Assembly (NCBI GenBank): GCA_049438185.1 | Contig: JBMTJI010000003.1 | Coordinates: forward strand, 64,544-128,543 | Source of the DNA: Candidatus Poseidoniaceae archaeon | Lineage (GTDB): Archaea; Thermoplasmatota; Poseidoniia; Poseidoniales; Poseidoniaceae | Direction: 5' to 3' | Length of the DNA: 64,000 nucleotides | Part shown: positions 1 through 9,624 of the stretch, one piece after another | Position numbering within the stretch: position 1 is the first letter of the stretch | Layout of the letters: each line of letters begins with the position of its first letter | Position numbers and translations under genes: made by a program | Notes under the pieces: model-generated | What the model was told of the DNA's origin: nothing | Seen by the model: the letters and a program-made list of their open reading frames with translations, nothing else | Database searches by the model: none

Positions 1-15
1 GGTTGGCCTGGCCAT

Positions 16-1314
16 TTGTGGTGTGAAGGCCGCACCCTTGTCCATCTCAAAGACGACCAGTCTCGCCCTTCTCACATGCCGAGAGGGCCTGCAGCGAAGT
101 CTGGAACTGGTTTCATGAATCCTGCAATGGCGCCAGCACGTACACGTTCAGTGTTGTTGCTGCAAGATGCCTTGGAACACGGATGGGTCAATGGAGATCG
201 GCCACTACGAACTTTGGATGCCCTTTGTGCAACTGGTATTCGTGTTCGACGATGGCGAAACGAAATCAATCCTCAACATCAACACCGACTCCATATTACT
301 GCAAATGATTTGGACACAAATGCCTTGGATTGGGCACTAGCGTCGATGGCATCGGATGCATTTGTTGAAAATATCGCTCCTATCGGTGATGAACAAGTTC
401 AACCTGAATTCATCGAACAAAATGGCATCAAGTTTCAGCAGGCTGATGCGCGAATGGCCATGGTTCAAGGATCGTTCCAGTGGATTGATGTGGATCCATT
501 TGGTTCTCCAATTACGTTCATTGACGGAGCCCTTCAAGCATTGGGGAGAGTTGGCGTTCTCGAAGTGACTGCCACTGATACTGCCGCACTAACAGGGTCG
601 TCGTCAACATCTGGAATGCGGCGATACGGTCACAAAGGCATCGTTGATTTGTACGCACATGATGACGCTGTGCGCGTTTTACTAGGAACAATAGCAACCC
701 GGGCAGCTCAACTTGATCGAGCAATCGAACCAATTCTCGCCTTGTTTGATGGACACCATGTCCGAGTTTCTGTTCGTGTTCGAAAGAGCAAACAAGGTGC
801 AGATCGAAATCGTGAACTGATGGGTTGGAGAGTTCGAACCGAAGGAAAACCGTACATATTCACCAACCATCCAACGCCGGAAGAGTTGGAACAGGCGAGT
901 GGCCCTCTATGGATTGGCCCATTGTGGAATGAAGAAATCTGCTCACGTTTAACAGAAGAATATGCTGTTCAGACCTGCCTTGCAAAGCCATCTGATATCG
1001 AACGTGGAATGAGCCACGGTCTTGAATGGACGGATTCGGATCAAGTCTATGCTGAACGAGAAATACGACGTTCCGTTCGCCATATTGCACAGGCTGCACC
1101 TTTGTTATCAGGTGAACATCTCTTGCTGGCTTACGACCAGTTACCCCGCATGGCTGAAGTGGGTTCCATGCCAACCATGGAGCGACTCATCGATGCCCTC
1201 AACGAAGCAGGACATCGAACCGCGCGTGTTCCAGACTTGCGTCCGTTTCTTGCAACAAAGGCACCCTTCCAAGCGGTGATTGACGCGGTTCGCTCGTTTG
1301 AATCAGCCGAATGA
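16..1314 (+). CDS. trm1: tRNA (guanine26-N2)-dimethyltransferase Trm1
   Basis: The 432-aa ORF carries the SAM-MTase motif VDPFGSP. The N-terminus (EGRTLVHL...FMNP) matches archaeal Trm1 N-termini. The start codon is TTG at 16, so the gene may be complete or slightly 5'-truncated by the window edge. Confidence 0.8.
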   Translation: MWCEGRTLVHLKDDQSRPSHMPRGPAAKSGTGFMNPAMAPARTRSVLLLQDALEHGWVNGDRPLRTLDALCATGIRVRRWRNEINPQHQHRLHITANDLDTNALDWALASMASDAFVENIAPIGDEQVQPEFIEQNGIKFQQADARMAMVQGSFQWIDVDPFGSPITFIDGALQALGRVGVLEVTATDTAALTGSSSTSGMRRYGHKGIVDLYAHDDAVRVLLGTIATRAAQLDRAIEPILALFDGHHVRVSVRVRKSKQGADRNRELMGWRVRTEGKPYIFTNHPTPEELEQASGPLWIGPLWNEEICSRLTEEYAVQTCLAKPSDIERGMSHGLEWTDSDQVYAEREIRRSVRHIAQAAPLLSGEHLLLAYDQLPRMAEVGSMPTMERLIDALNEAGHRTARVPDLRPFLATKAPFQAVIDAVRSFESAE

Positions 1315-2052
1315 TGGGTCGTTGATTTCTTCATCAGGTGGAGGTAACAATGGCGTAGCACTTTCGATGATCTCTTGCACAGATTGTTCAATACTTCGAG
1401 CATTCTCAAGCATCTTTGAGAGTGGTATTTCCTTTCCAGTCATCTCTGTTATCGCTTCGATGGCAACCGCTGCTGCACGTACATCGGGATACATTGGGCT
1501 TGCTTCTGAGAGAAGTGCAGTAATGTCGAGATTGAGACGGTCACCCTCACTGAGAAGGAATCCGGTGATCCCAGAAACAACGCCTCGTTGGATTGTTTGC
1601 AAATCGAGTGTTTTCAATCTCGCTCTTGCGGCTTCATTTGCACCGACTGCAAACAATCCCTCTGCATGAATTTGCTTCTCAGGCTTAAGAATCCCATCAA
1701 TAATAATCAGTTGATCAAAGCCTCCAACTCTGAACCATTCAAGAACGGTTGATCCGAATGCAATATCTTGTTCTTTATCAAATTGGATTTCAGCGGTAAA
1801 AACGCCTATCCCATCGCCTTGATACACGCGAACTGGGTGACGAGGCACTTCGTTTTGAATGAGGGCTACGGCTGGAAAGTTTTCATCCATGACGGTTCCC
1901 AATTGAGTGAGATTGAGCGATTCAATGATGTGTGAGGCAGCGATAACACCGACCATGCCTGCGGTGGTAAAACCGCAGATTGCAACGCCACCTGTCGTCG
2001 GGTCAACCCCCGAACGAAGAACCAGGTCATACGTCCCAAATTGTTGCTTCAT
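1303..2052 (-). CDS. proteasome assembly chaperone family protein (PAC2/DUF75-like)
   Basis: The ORF 1303..2103 was trimmed to the first ATG (MKQQFGTYDL). It has a PDARAAA-containing core and is a paralog of the 17836..18633 gene, sharing GxxxGxVG and PDARAAAxA motifs. The family assignment is from memory. Confidence 0.6.
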   Translation of the reverse strand: MKQQFGTYDLVLRSGVDPTTGGVAICGFTTAGMVGVIAASHIIESLNLTQLGTVMDENFPAVALIQNEVPRHPVRVYQGDGIGVFTAEIQFDKEQDIAFGSTVLEWFRVGGFDQLIIIDGILKPEKQIHAEGLFAVGANEAARARLKTLDLQTIQRGVVSGITGFLLSEGDRLNLDITALLSEASPMYPDVRAAAVAIEAITEMTGKEIPLSKMLENARSIEQSVQEIIESATPLLPPPDEEINDPSFG

Positions 2053-2103
2053 GCTCACGCCTCGGTTCGTTGGACGGCTCGTGTTAGAAAAATATCTCGG
2101 CAC

Positions 2104-5100
2104 TCACTCATTGTACTCAGACCAGTCTTCGGCACCTTCTTCTCGGTACCACCATTGTCCGACCTCATCCTCGTACCACTCTGTTCCATATTCGTCCACC
2201 GAGATGCCATCGTCTTCTTCTGCCTCGGCCTCTGCTTCTTCGACGTCTTCAGATTCAATCACTGGTTCGGATTCTGAATCTTCTTTCACAGACTCTGTTA
2301 CTTCTGAGATCAATGAATCGCTTGGTCGTTCAATGAATTCAGGTTCGTCACGTATCGTCTTGTCTTCAAATTCATCGAGGGGTTTACTTTGTGGAATCTC
2401 AATAGGTTCGTCGACTTCTTCGATGAATTCTTCTTCCTCTTCGTAGAACGATCCATCATCAAAGTCGGCCGATGCACGTCGATAGAGAATGAAACCGACG
2501 ACAGCAAGAACGACAAGTCCTACACCTCCGCCAATGAGGGCAACATTTGACGAACCCTTTTCTTCCGAGTCAGGCTTTGTTTGGACTTCAACGAAAAGAT
2601 CGGCAGTCCAAGTAACAACATCGTTTTCCAACACAGGCTCACCTGGAATATCGTAATCAGGTGAACTTGTACGAAGTTGGATTGAAAATTGATTTTCAAC
2701 ACCAGCGTCATTCTGTCGAGCCCAAAGTGGATCCTCGTATTTTGGTGTGAATGCTACTGTCGCAGTTCCATTTGCAGCGATGGTGACTGCGGCAGGCGTC
2801 TTGAACAAGGACGGTGATTCTGTTACAGAAACAACAACATCGACTGTAAATGGATTCACATTTTCGACGAGGCATTCAATCGGATCATCAGCCGCTTGCT
2901 GATTTGTAAGAATGGTTGAACTCTCACAGGCGATGGTAACGGATTGAATGGAGGTTGGAACCCATTCTGTTTCCGTTTGATTTGTTTCGTTGTTCTGTGT
3001 TGGAACGGTGTACTCATTGAGCAACACAGTCAATGATGTTGTTCCGAACATGAGGCGATTTTCAGCATCAACAGAGAATTCAATCATGGTGATGTTCTCA
3101 AAGGACGAGGCAATTCGGATTTTACCTCCTGAAATTGTTTCCGAACCACTCATGGAAGCATTCTGAGAAGAATCATTGAATGCTTCCCAAAGGATGGTTG
3201 TTCCTTCAAGTGAGGCTTGGTGTGCAGGGTTAACGGAATCGACTGCACTCAACGTGATGTTGATGTCGATAGCATCGTTTGCATCCATATCGACTGGTGA
3301 TGTCGGGCCTGCAAGCTCAACCGTAATCGCCGTTCCCATCGAATCAGATGCCGTAGCAGAGGCATAGGGTTGAGTATCGACAACTTCAATCGCTTCCATT
3401 GAGACATCAATGCTGACAACGCCATCAGGACTTGCAGCATAATCGAGGAGTGTCTGTGGGATGACTGCAGCATGCAGATCATCAACATCAATTGCGAGCC
3501 ATTGGCCATTACTGTCGCTTTGACCATTGAGAACAAGTGTTTCAGATCCGTACGTCATCGTCATCTCGAGTTGTGCATTTTCAATGGCGACCTCTTGTAG
3601 CCCGTCGTCGAGATAGTGCGCATAGACGCTGACGGACAGTGGGCTGTTTGACTCCAATACGTTCTCACTTGCACCAGTAGGCCCAGATGCTACGGTGAGT
3701 TCCAATTGACTGTTGATGTACGTGTTGTTGAATGCGGTGGTTGGTCCAGCAAAGGGTAACGGAAGTGTTGCATTATCGTAGGTGTCGATAGCTGCGATGG
3801 CTACCCAATATTGTTCGCCGTCCTGAATAGCCTCGGATGCTGTCGTTCCAGATGCGTCGACGTATTCGCTCGTTTCAGAAATTTCTACCTCCGTTGTTGA
3901 GGAAGAAACGGTTGCTACTGCAGCATAGGAAATTCCATCCATTGAATAGGCCTTGCTTGGAGTCAATTCGTTGTTTAGACCGCTTGCATCCAAATCGGTT
4001 TTTGCGACGTACACGTTATACTCGATGACACCTGAATCGGTGCTTGCATCCCACGACACCTTCATTGGCGCCGATGATGTTTCTGTATCGAGATCGACAA
4101 ATTGGACATTCGTAACGGCTGCTGGGGCCGGTGGGTTTGGAATCGTGACTTCCAATGGCTGCGATAAGTTGCTTACAATTCCATACGGATGAATCGAACG
4201 AACAATGTATCCATACGTGGAACCAATATCAACGTTGGAATCCGAGTAGTAATTCTGTCCAACTACGGTATCGTATGGTGATGAGTAATCGTAGGATGAT
4301 GTAGGTGACATTCTGAAAACGTGGAATTCTTGTAAGTCGGATCCAAACTCGGAAATTGCCTGCCATTCAATTGTTACACCCAATTCAGTTAACGATTGTA
4401 CGGTCAAGACTGGCGTTGGCGGGAGTGCAAGGTTTGGTGCTCCAAGGGTGTAATTCATACTCAGATAGGTTGCATCGAACTGACCCGGTTTCGTTGTCTC
4501 AACAGGCAACGTAATCGTGAACGTACCGGAACCTGGTAGCATTTGTTGATTGAGCGAGTTGCTCAGGGAACCAATGGTTCCCGCACTTGTTGTGACTCCG
4601 AATTCAATATCATAAGCAATCTTGAGATCCGTAAAATTCGCAGTTCCATTCGAATTGCTTGAAATGGACATCATGTTGGTTACCATTTCAATTCCATAAC
4701 CATCTGAGATACCTGGATATGCAGGCAAGAAAGGAGCAATGGAGTCTTTGATGACGTTGTTTGTATCCGTTAGGGTGAGCACACCGAGATGGGGGATGGT
4801 TGTACTGGAGTAACCCTCAGCCCACAAATCGTCGTCGCCATCCACGTCCGTGTCCAGAGTGATGTTATGCCAAGCTCCGATGAAAACACCTTGAGAGCCT
4901 TCCCCTGCAAGAACAAAATGTTCCAACAATCCGTCATGATTAATATCAGCAAATTGAATGTCTCGAGGTACGGAATATGGTGTCAATGGGGACATACTTG
5001 GCGAGCCGAGCGCTGTTGTTGAAATCGATCGTAGACCGATGTTGCCTTCAATCGTTGAGGAAACTCCGTCACCAAACTGTGGATTCGGTGTAAAGAGAGA

Positions 5101-6417
5101 TGCAACACCATCGTTGTCATGGTCGGCGATGGATGCATTCATTGTTTGAAGCACATCGAATAGAGGAGTTTGCAACCAGCCTGTTCCGTTGTTGATGACG
5201 AGCACAGAACCTGATTGTTTTGGGGTAAGGAAGTCGATATCACCATCGCCATCAAAGTCTCCAGGTATTGAATCGGAAGAAAGGTTTCTGAATTTGACGA
5301 GGTTTGAATTCAATTGCCGTTGTTGGGGATCATAAGTAATCTCCGTAGCGTCATCGTTAGCATCCGACACGATGATAACAAGTTCACTTCGATTGAAGAA
5401 ATCATCGATCTGGATCGTCCGCATGCTGGCTCTACCTTGACCGAAATTCCAACGGTAAATCGAAATGTCATCATCTTGACGTACCGCATCTGTTGTCCCA
5501 TTGAACAACGTTAGAGAGACGAGGCCATTACCCATGAAACCATGAATGGAAACGAAATCTGGGAAGCCATCTTGGTTCATGTCACCAAGTTGAACATCGA
5601 TCGGACTGCTGGTGATGTTGACAGCAAACCATGCATCGTAAGCCATGGTTGAGGAATTGTAGTAATGGATGCACATCATTGAACTCCCTGCAGAGAAGGT
5701 CACAACGTCGTCATACGAATCGTTGTTCATGTCGGCAATGCGCATTTGGTTTGAGCTGGTGCAAGTTGAGGTCCAGTTCCCCAAATTGTATTGCATGGTT
5801 GTTTGATTGCTTGCAACCACTGCAAAGGCCGTATTCGCGCTGGTTGTTGCGTGGTCGGTTGAGAAAACGAAGGCGTCAGTGAGATTGTCTGCATTGGAAT
5901 CGCCGAGCATCATTGTATGAACCGCTCCAACTTGTACATACTGTGCATCGATTTGTGGTGAAAACGTAATGTTGGCATGACTCGATTGAATTGAAGCATT
6001 CTTTGGCAGCAAAATTGGTGAAGGCATGCCCGAACTGTTGTTGAGTTGAAGCGTGTCGTAGGTGTATCCTGTTTGGAATGTATTTTGCTGCGATAAGTCA
6101 CCATATCCCACTCCTGAATATGTCCAAATCGTGTTACCGGTGGTACTGTTGATCCAAACGCTTCCTGGGCTGTCGGCTGCCGACTGACCCTCAACCACAA
6201 ACGATGCATCTTGGAATGTAACATTTCTTTCAATGTCGAGTTGAAGATCGCTGGATGTATTGTTTCCATCCGAACTCACTGTGATGGAATTTGCGCCTCC
6301 TGAAAATGTATTGACCTGCGTCGTACCACTTGCAAAGGATTGTGGAACGAAGAGAACTGGGGTCAGAAACAGCACCACAAGGATGAGCGTTTTTTTGTTA
6401 ATCCGGGTTTCGTGCAT
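2104..6417 (-). CDS. giant surface protein (1437 aa) with FG-GAP/integrin-alpha-like repeats and FN3-like domains, C-terminal TM anchor and polyacidic cytoplasmic tail
   Basis: There is an N-terminal signal peptide (MHETRINKKTLILVVLFLTPVLFVPQSFASG). Repeated DxNxDGxxD motifs are present (DMNNDSYDDVV, DMNQDGFPDFV, GDFDGDGDIDFL, ADHDNDGVASLF, ADINHDGLLEHFV). The TM helix is VALIGGGVGLVVLAVVGFILY. A roughly 125-aa tail rich in E/D follows, ending in W/Y-rich WYEDEVGQWWYREEGAEDWSEYNE. The start is ATG. Confidence 0.75.
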   Translation of the reverse strand: MHETRINKKTLILVVLFLTPVLFVPQSFASGTTQVNTFSGGANSITVSSDGNNTSSDLQLDIERNVTFQDASFVVEGQSAADSPGSVWINSTTGNTIWTYSGVGYGDLSQQNTFQTGYTYDTLQLNNSSGMPSPILLPKNASIQSSHANITFSPQIDAQYVQVGAVHTMMLGDSNADNLTDAFVFSTDHATTSANTAFAVVASNQTTMQYNLGNWTSTCTSSNQMRIADMNNDSYDDVVTFSAGSSMMCIHYYNSSTMAYDAWFAVNITSSPIDVQLGDMNQDGFPDFVSIHGFMGNGLVSLTLFNGTTDAVRQDDDISIYRWNFGQGRASMRTIQIDDFFNRSELVIIVSDANDDATEITYDPQQRQLNSNLVKFRNLSSDSIPGDFDGDGDIDFLTPKQSGSVLVINNGTGWLQTPLFDVLQTMNASIADHDNDGVASLFTPNPQFGDGVSSTIEGNIGLRSISTTALGSPSMSPLTPYSVPRDIQFADINHDGLLEHFVLAGEGSQGVFIGAWHNITLDTDVDGDDDLWAEGYSSTTIPHLGVLTLTDTNNVIKDSIAPFLPAYPGISDGYGIEMVTNMMSISSNSNGTANFTDLKIAYDIEFGVTTSAGTIGSLSNSLNQQMLPGSGTFTITLPVETTKPGQFDATYLSMNYTLGAPNLALPPTPVLTVQSLTELGVTIEWQAISEFGSDLQEFHVFRMSPTSSYDYSSPYDTVVGQNYYSDSNVDIGSTYGYIVRSIHPYGIVSNLSQPLEVTIPNPPAPAAVTNVQFVDLDTETSSAPMKVSWDASTDSGVIEYNVYVAKTDLDASGLNNELTPSKAYSMDGISYAAVATVSSSTTEVEISETSEYVDASGTTASEAIQDGEQYWVAIAAIDTYDNATLPLPFAGPTTAFNNTYINSQLELTVASGPTGASENVLESNSPLSVSVYAHYLDDGLQEVAIENAQLEMTMTYGSETLVLNGQSDSNGQWLAIDVDDLHAAVIPQTLLDYAASPDGVVSIDVSMEAIEVVDTQPYASATASDSMGTAITVELAGPTSPVDMDANDAIDINITLSAVDSVNPAHQASLEGTTILWEAFNDSSQNASMSGSETISGGKIRIASSFENITMIEFSVDAENRLMFGTTSLTVLLNEYTVPTQNNETNQTETEWVPTSIQSVTIACESSTILTNQQAADDPIECLVENVNPFTVDVVVSVTESPSLFKTPAAVTIAANGTATVAFTPKYEDPLWARQNDAGVENQFSIQLRTSSPDYDIPGEPVLENDVVTWTADLFVEVQTKPDSEEKGSSNVALIGGGVGLVVLAVVGFILYRRASADFDDGSFYEEEEEFIEEVDEPIEIPQSKPLDEFEDKTIRDEPEFIERPSDSLISEVTESVKEDSESEPVIESEDVEEAEAEAEEDDGISVDEYGTEWYEDEVGQWWYREEGAEDWSEYNE

Positions 6418-6522
6418 TATGCCACCTGTTCATGGACAACACAAACCTCTACTTCAAATCGATGACGAGATGCCTGACCTAAAGCAATGTTCGTATTTGG
6501 GTGGTTTTCATAGTGACTGGTG

Positions 6523-6530
6523 AATATACA
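6523..6530 (+). promoter_or_regulatory. TATA-box-like element (AATATACA) about 30 nt upstream of ATG 6558
   Basis: An AT-rich octamer lies at the archaeal-promoter distance from the first ATG of the downstream gene. This implies a leaderless transcript. Confidence 0.35.
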
Positions 6531-6557
6531 AACATTATCAATGGTAGTAACTTTAGC

Positions 6558-7070
6558 ATGGCTGATACCATGGTTAGCCAATCGAGGTTTGTCGTCACTG
6601 CAGGCGACTTAGAGATTGATTTGAGCGGTGCGACCGTTGAAGTTGATGCTCGCCTAATTCAAATGCGACGAGATGACACATGGTCAATCGTTCTTGAACG
6701 CCTTCGAGATGCCAGAGATGCCGCTATTGATGCCGCTATCGACGCTGCTCGAGATGTTGGATTACCAGAACGAGGGTCTGCATTCCGAGCGCTCATCGAG
6801 AACTGTTCACTCAACAAGAAACCAGATCAAGTTCTCGCTGCCATCCACTACCTCCGAGATGTTGAAGGTGTTTCAGATAGCCCTCCAAGAGTTGTCAATC
6901 AATTGTTTTCGGATGCTGGTATCGAGCCACCGGGTAATCTCAGCCTTTACCTCAACCGTCTCAAGGAACGAGGCCTGTTGATGGTTCCTCTCGAACACGG
7001 TGATAAGAACCGATTCTCCCTTCTCACCGAGGCAGGTAGGGCACACCTCGATAAACAATCAACATCGTGA
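6558..7070 (+). CDS. putative winged-helix DNA-binding protein
   Basis: The ORF 6501..7070 was trimmed to ATG 6558 (MADTMV...). The C-terminal segment GNLSLYLNRLKERGLLM...RFSLLTEAGRAHL resembles MarR/PadR-type wHTH. There is an internal DAAIDAAIDAARD repeat. The stop lies 7 nt before the next gene, suggesting an operon. Confidence 0.5.
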   Translation: MADTMVSQSRFVVTAGDLEIDLSGATVEVDARLIQMRRDDTWSIVLERLRDARDAAIDAAIDAARDVGLPERGSAFRALIENCSLNKKPDQVLAAIHYLRDVEGVSDSPPRVVNQLFSDAGIEPPGNLSLYLNRLKERGLLMVPLEHGDKNRFSLLTEAGRAHLDKQSTS

Positions 7071-7077
7071 GTGCTAT

Positions 7078-7536
7078 ATGGTGATGTCAGGCGGCGGGGC
7101 AGGTGACCCCCGAGATGACCCGGATGATGCCAAATCCGTCGTCATCGATTGCTCATATCAGAACCACGCAAAGGCTATTTTCAGGAAAGGTCGCCATCGT
7201 GGCTCGACCTTTCGACGAGCAATCTTAGACGAGGCGGATTTGACTGAGGGCGATTTCTCTGATTGTGATTTTCGTCGAGCATCAATGGTTGAGGCAGATT
7301 TGATGAAATCAGCTTTTGACGGTGCAGATTTCAGAGGCGCGGATCTCCGCAAGGCTCGTTGCAATCTCTCAAATTTTAGGAATTGCAAGTTAGAAGGTGC
7401 GGATTTACGAGGTATACGTGGAAAGTATGCGATTTGGCAAGGAAGCGATTGGTGGAATGCTATCCTTAACGAGGATCTTGAAAAAGCACTTGCCAAAAAA
7501 TGGCCAAGGCCTTCGGATCACTCCGATTCTTCGTGA
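7078..7536 (+). CDS. pentapeptide-repeat protein
   Basis: About 13 consecutive A(D/N)LxX pentapeptides are present (ADLTEGDFSDCDFRRASMVEADLMKSAFDGADFRGADLRKARCNLSNFRNCKLEGADLRG). ATG 7078 lies inside ORF 7000..7536. Confidence 0.75.
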   Translation: MVMSGGGAGDPRDDPDDAKSVVIDCSYQNHAKAIFRKGRHRGSTFRRAILDEADLTEGDFSDCDFRRASMVEADLMKSAFDGADFRGADLRKARCNLSNFRNCKLEGADLRGIRGKYAIWQGSDWWNAILNEDLEKALAKKWPRPSDHSDSS

Positions 7537-8120
7537 ACCAATTCAAGTTTATTCGCTTCGTCAAAGGCAAGTCTTGCCCTCGCATTGATCAGCGGAAGTA
7601 ATGCCAATGCAGCAACGAAGAACGTGCAAATACCGCATGCATAACCAAAGTATTCTGCATTATCTCGGATTGTACCATTGAGATGTTGATTTGCTGCATC
7701 GTAAAAGACCATATTTCCGATAATGCCTCCTACAAATGCAATCAAGGCACCAGATAATGCAAGTTTACCTCCAATGGGTTTCATCCTGTAAAGAAGGATA
7801 CCACCAATAATGCCTGTGGCACTTCCGATTGCGAGGGAAATCCCCCTGATATGATAGCCATTGTTGTTGTTTATCTCTTGGTGATAAGATTGGTACTGTT
7901 CAAACGAAACGTTGTCACCTTGCTGATTTGGCGTCTCAAGGATTTGCTCCATGTAAGCATCTGAAACCTCTTCAGTATTCGCTAAATCAAGGTCAGCCTT
8001 CGCAACAAAACCAAGGAAAATTGAAAACACGATTAACAGGATGCCTACCGTCTTTGGCCCTTTGTGATCGGGTCGAATCGCAAACATATCAGGGGTTTCA
8101 CTGTTCATCATTCGCCTCAT
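7518..8120 (-). CDS. hypothetical membrane protein (4 predicted TM helices)
   Basis: There are hydrophobic segments ILLIVFSIFLGFV, GISLAIGSATGIIGGILLY, LALSGALIAFVGGIIG and CGICTFFVAALALLPLI. The start is ATG. The gene overlaps the pentapeptide gene's 3' end by 19 nt. Confidence 0.55.
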   Translation of the reverse strand: MRRMMNSETPDMFAIRPDHKGPKTVGILLIVFSIFLGFVAKADLDLANTEEVSDAYMEQILETPNQQGDNVSFEQYQSYHQEINNNNGYHIRGISLAIGSATGIIGGILLYRMKPIGGKLALSGALIAFVGGIIGNMVFYDAANQHLNGTIRDNAEYFGYACGICTFFVAALALLPLINARARLAFDEANKLELVHEESE

Positions 8121-8529
8121 CTCGTTGACAGGTTTCCAGACCTTGACGCAAATCTTCAGGTATGGTGCTTCGTTTCATCGTGTCCATATTCACGCATACG
8201 GTGACTTGGGTTGACGTCCAAACCAATTCATCTTTTTGATTGTGAAATTCGTAACACCACGTACAGGATGATTCGCCGAGCGTATCAATCCAGATGGTTG
8301 CTGTTATTGTATCGCCATAACGGAGGGGGGCGTGAAAATCGGATTCAACATGAACCACGGGAAATCCTAATTTCCGTTGAAGGAGCAAGTCAGCATAACG
8401 AATGTTGCAAATGGGCACCCATGCATCCTCGAAAAAGCGGTGGGCGAGATCAAAAATTCGGGGATAGTAAGCAATGTTTGCTAAATCAACCATCGGGAAA
8501 TCAACGCCCCGGTTGAGTTGAACTGCCAT
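8098..8529 (-). CDS. hotdog-fold acyl-CoA thioesterase (4HBT/YbgC-like)
   Basis: Motifs YYPRIFDLAHRFFED...GFPVVHVESDFHAPLRYGDTI...CYEFHNQ are present. The ORF was trimmed to ATG (MAVQLNRG). Its 3' end overlaps the downstream membrane gene. Confidence 0.7.
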   Translation of the reverse strand: MAVQLNRGVDFPMVDLANIAYYPRIFDLAHRFFEDAWVPICNIRYADLLLQRKLGFPVVHVESDFHAPLRYGDTITATIWIDTLGESSCTWCYEFHNQKDELVWTSTQVTVCVNMDTMKRSTIPEDLRQGLETCQRDEANDEQ

Positions 8530-8593
8530 ACCCCATCCAGTGCAACAGGCATCATGAACTCTTGTACGTGTCAACCAATTCCAACCCGTTGTG

Positions 8594-8601
8594 CTTATAT
8601 C
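8594..8601 (+). promoter_or_regulatory. TATA box (CTTATATC) about 27 nt upstream of tRNA-Arg
   Basis: The element lies at the canonical archaeal spacing from the mature tRNA 5' end. Confidence 0.45.
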
Positions 8602-8627
8602 AAGTCGGTAGGTGGAGCAAATACCCC

Positions 8628-8704
8628 GGCCCCTTGGGGTAGTTTGGATATCCTTCGACCCTGCGGAGGTTGAGACCCGTGTTCGAATCGCGGAGGGGCC
8701 GCCA
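8628..8704 (+). tRNA. tRNA-Arg (anticodon GCG), genomically encoded CCA
   Basis: A cloverleaf was folded by hand. The acceptor stem is GGCCCCT/AGGGGCC. The D-arm is GGGT..ATCC. The anticodon stem CGACC/GGTTG carries loop CTGCGGA. The T-arm is CCGTG-TTCGAAT-CGCGG. The discriminator is G and CCA follows. Confidence 0.85.
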
Positions 8705-8706
8705 AA

Positions 8707-9594
8707 TCACGACGTTGCTCGCTCAGCGTTGTCGTTTTCAATTCGCTGAGCAACAGGCGGATGGTGCTTTGCTACCTGCTCCATAAAGTACTCATCCGAA
8801 GCATACGGTTCATCCTGAATGAGAACTCTTGGTGAATCTGAAAGCAACTCGAGGATAGAGAGTACGTCATCATAATGGTAGTTGTATTCGAAATTGGATG
8901 AATCATCCACGACTTTTGTCCATTTTCGCTGACGTGGCTTCTTGAACCAAATCGTGAAACCATTCACGAGCGGGTTTGCATCCGAGACACGCCAATGCCA
9001 TCCATGTGTACCTTTGATTTCAATGGCTGATTCCTCAGGTTTGTAATCGCCTCCAGTGGTTGATTTGATCCACGTCTTCATCACTTCTGAAGCTGGGTTG
9101 ACACTCAAACCATACAACATCAGAATCGCCCTTCGCAAAGGACTGTGTGCCTTTTGTAAAATAAATCGGTCATCGTTCAAGAGCATGAGGAAATATGAAT
9201 CGAGAACATCACAACCTGGGAGTTCCGAGACGTTCTTGTAATCAGGTTGAATACAAGCATGCGTCTCACGGCCCTTGAGTTCTCCTTTCCGGGTCGTTTT
9301 CGTTGCATGAAGACCTCCGCCTCCAACAAAGGGATTCTTGAGTTTGGATACGACTGATTCGACGGGAATGGTGTACGTGGCGAGATTTCCAAGGACGATG
9401 ATGTTCTCAGCGTCAAAAATAATTCTTTCAGGATTCCTGTTGATGGTTTTCATCAAATACTCCAACGACGTTTGCATCGCAGTGAAGCCTTTCTCAATTT
9501 GGTTCTGAAATTGGTCAAGTTTTTTTGTTTGGTAACCCGAATCTGGAGAGGGCGTCTCCTCTTCGTCTTCTGCCAATAGAAATTCTTCGTCCAT
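8707..9594 (-). CDS. hypothetical protein (295 aa, acidic N-terminus, no recognisable domain)
   Basis: This is a long ORF with an ATG start, immediately adjacent to tRNA-Arg. It contains GGGGLHATKTTRKGELKGRETHAC but I could recognise no family. Confidence 0.55.
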   Translation of the reverse strand: MDEEFLLAEDEEETPSPDSGYQTKKLDQFQNQIEKGFTAMQTSLEYLMKTINRNPERIIFDAENIIVLGNLATYTIPVESVVSKLKNPFVGGGGLHATKTTRKGELKGRETHACIQPDYKNVSELPGCDVLDSYFLMLLNDDRFILQKAHSPLRRAILMLYGLSVNPASEVMKTWIKSTTGGDYKPEESAIEIKGTHGWHWRVSDANPLVNGFTIWFKKPRQRKWTKVVDDSSNFEYNYHYDDVLSILELLSDSPRVLIQDEPYASDEYFMEQVAKHHPPVAQRIENDNAERATS

Positions 9595-9624
9595 GGTAGA
9601 ATTGACTATCCAGACTATATGAAC

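Noticed and set aside
1280-1669. 129-aa plus-strand ORF antisense to the PAC2 gene, plus 9699..10208 and 9706..10056 overlapping the HAD gene
   Set aside because: These are antisense or alternative-frame ORFs fully inside genes with clear motif support (PDARAAA; YFDLDGTL). They have Ser/Arg-rich junk composition.
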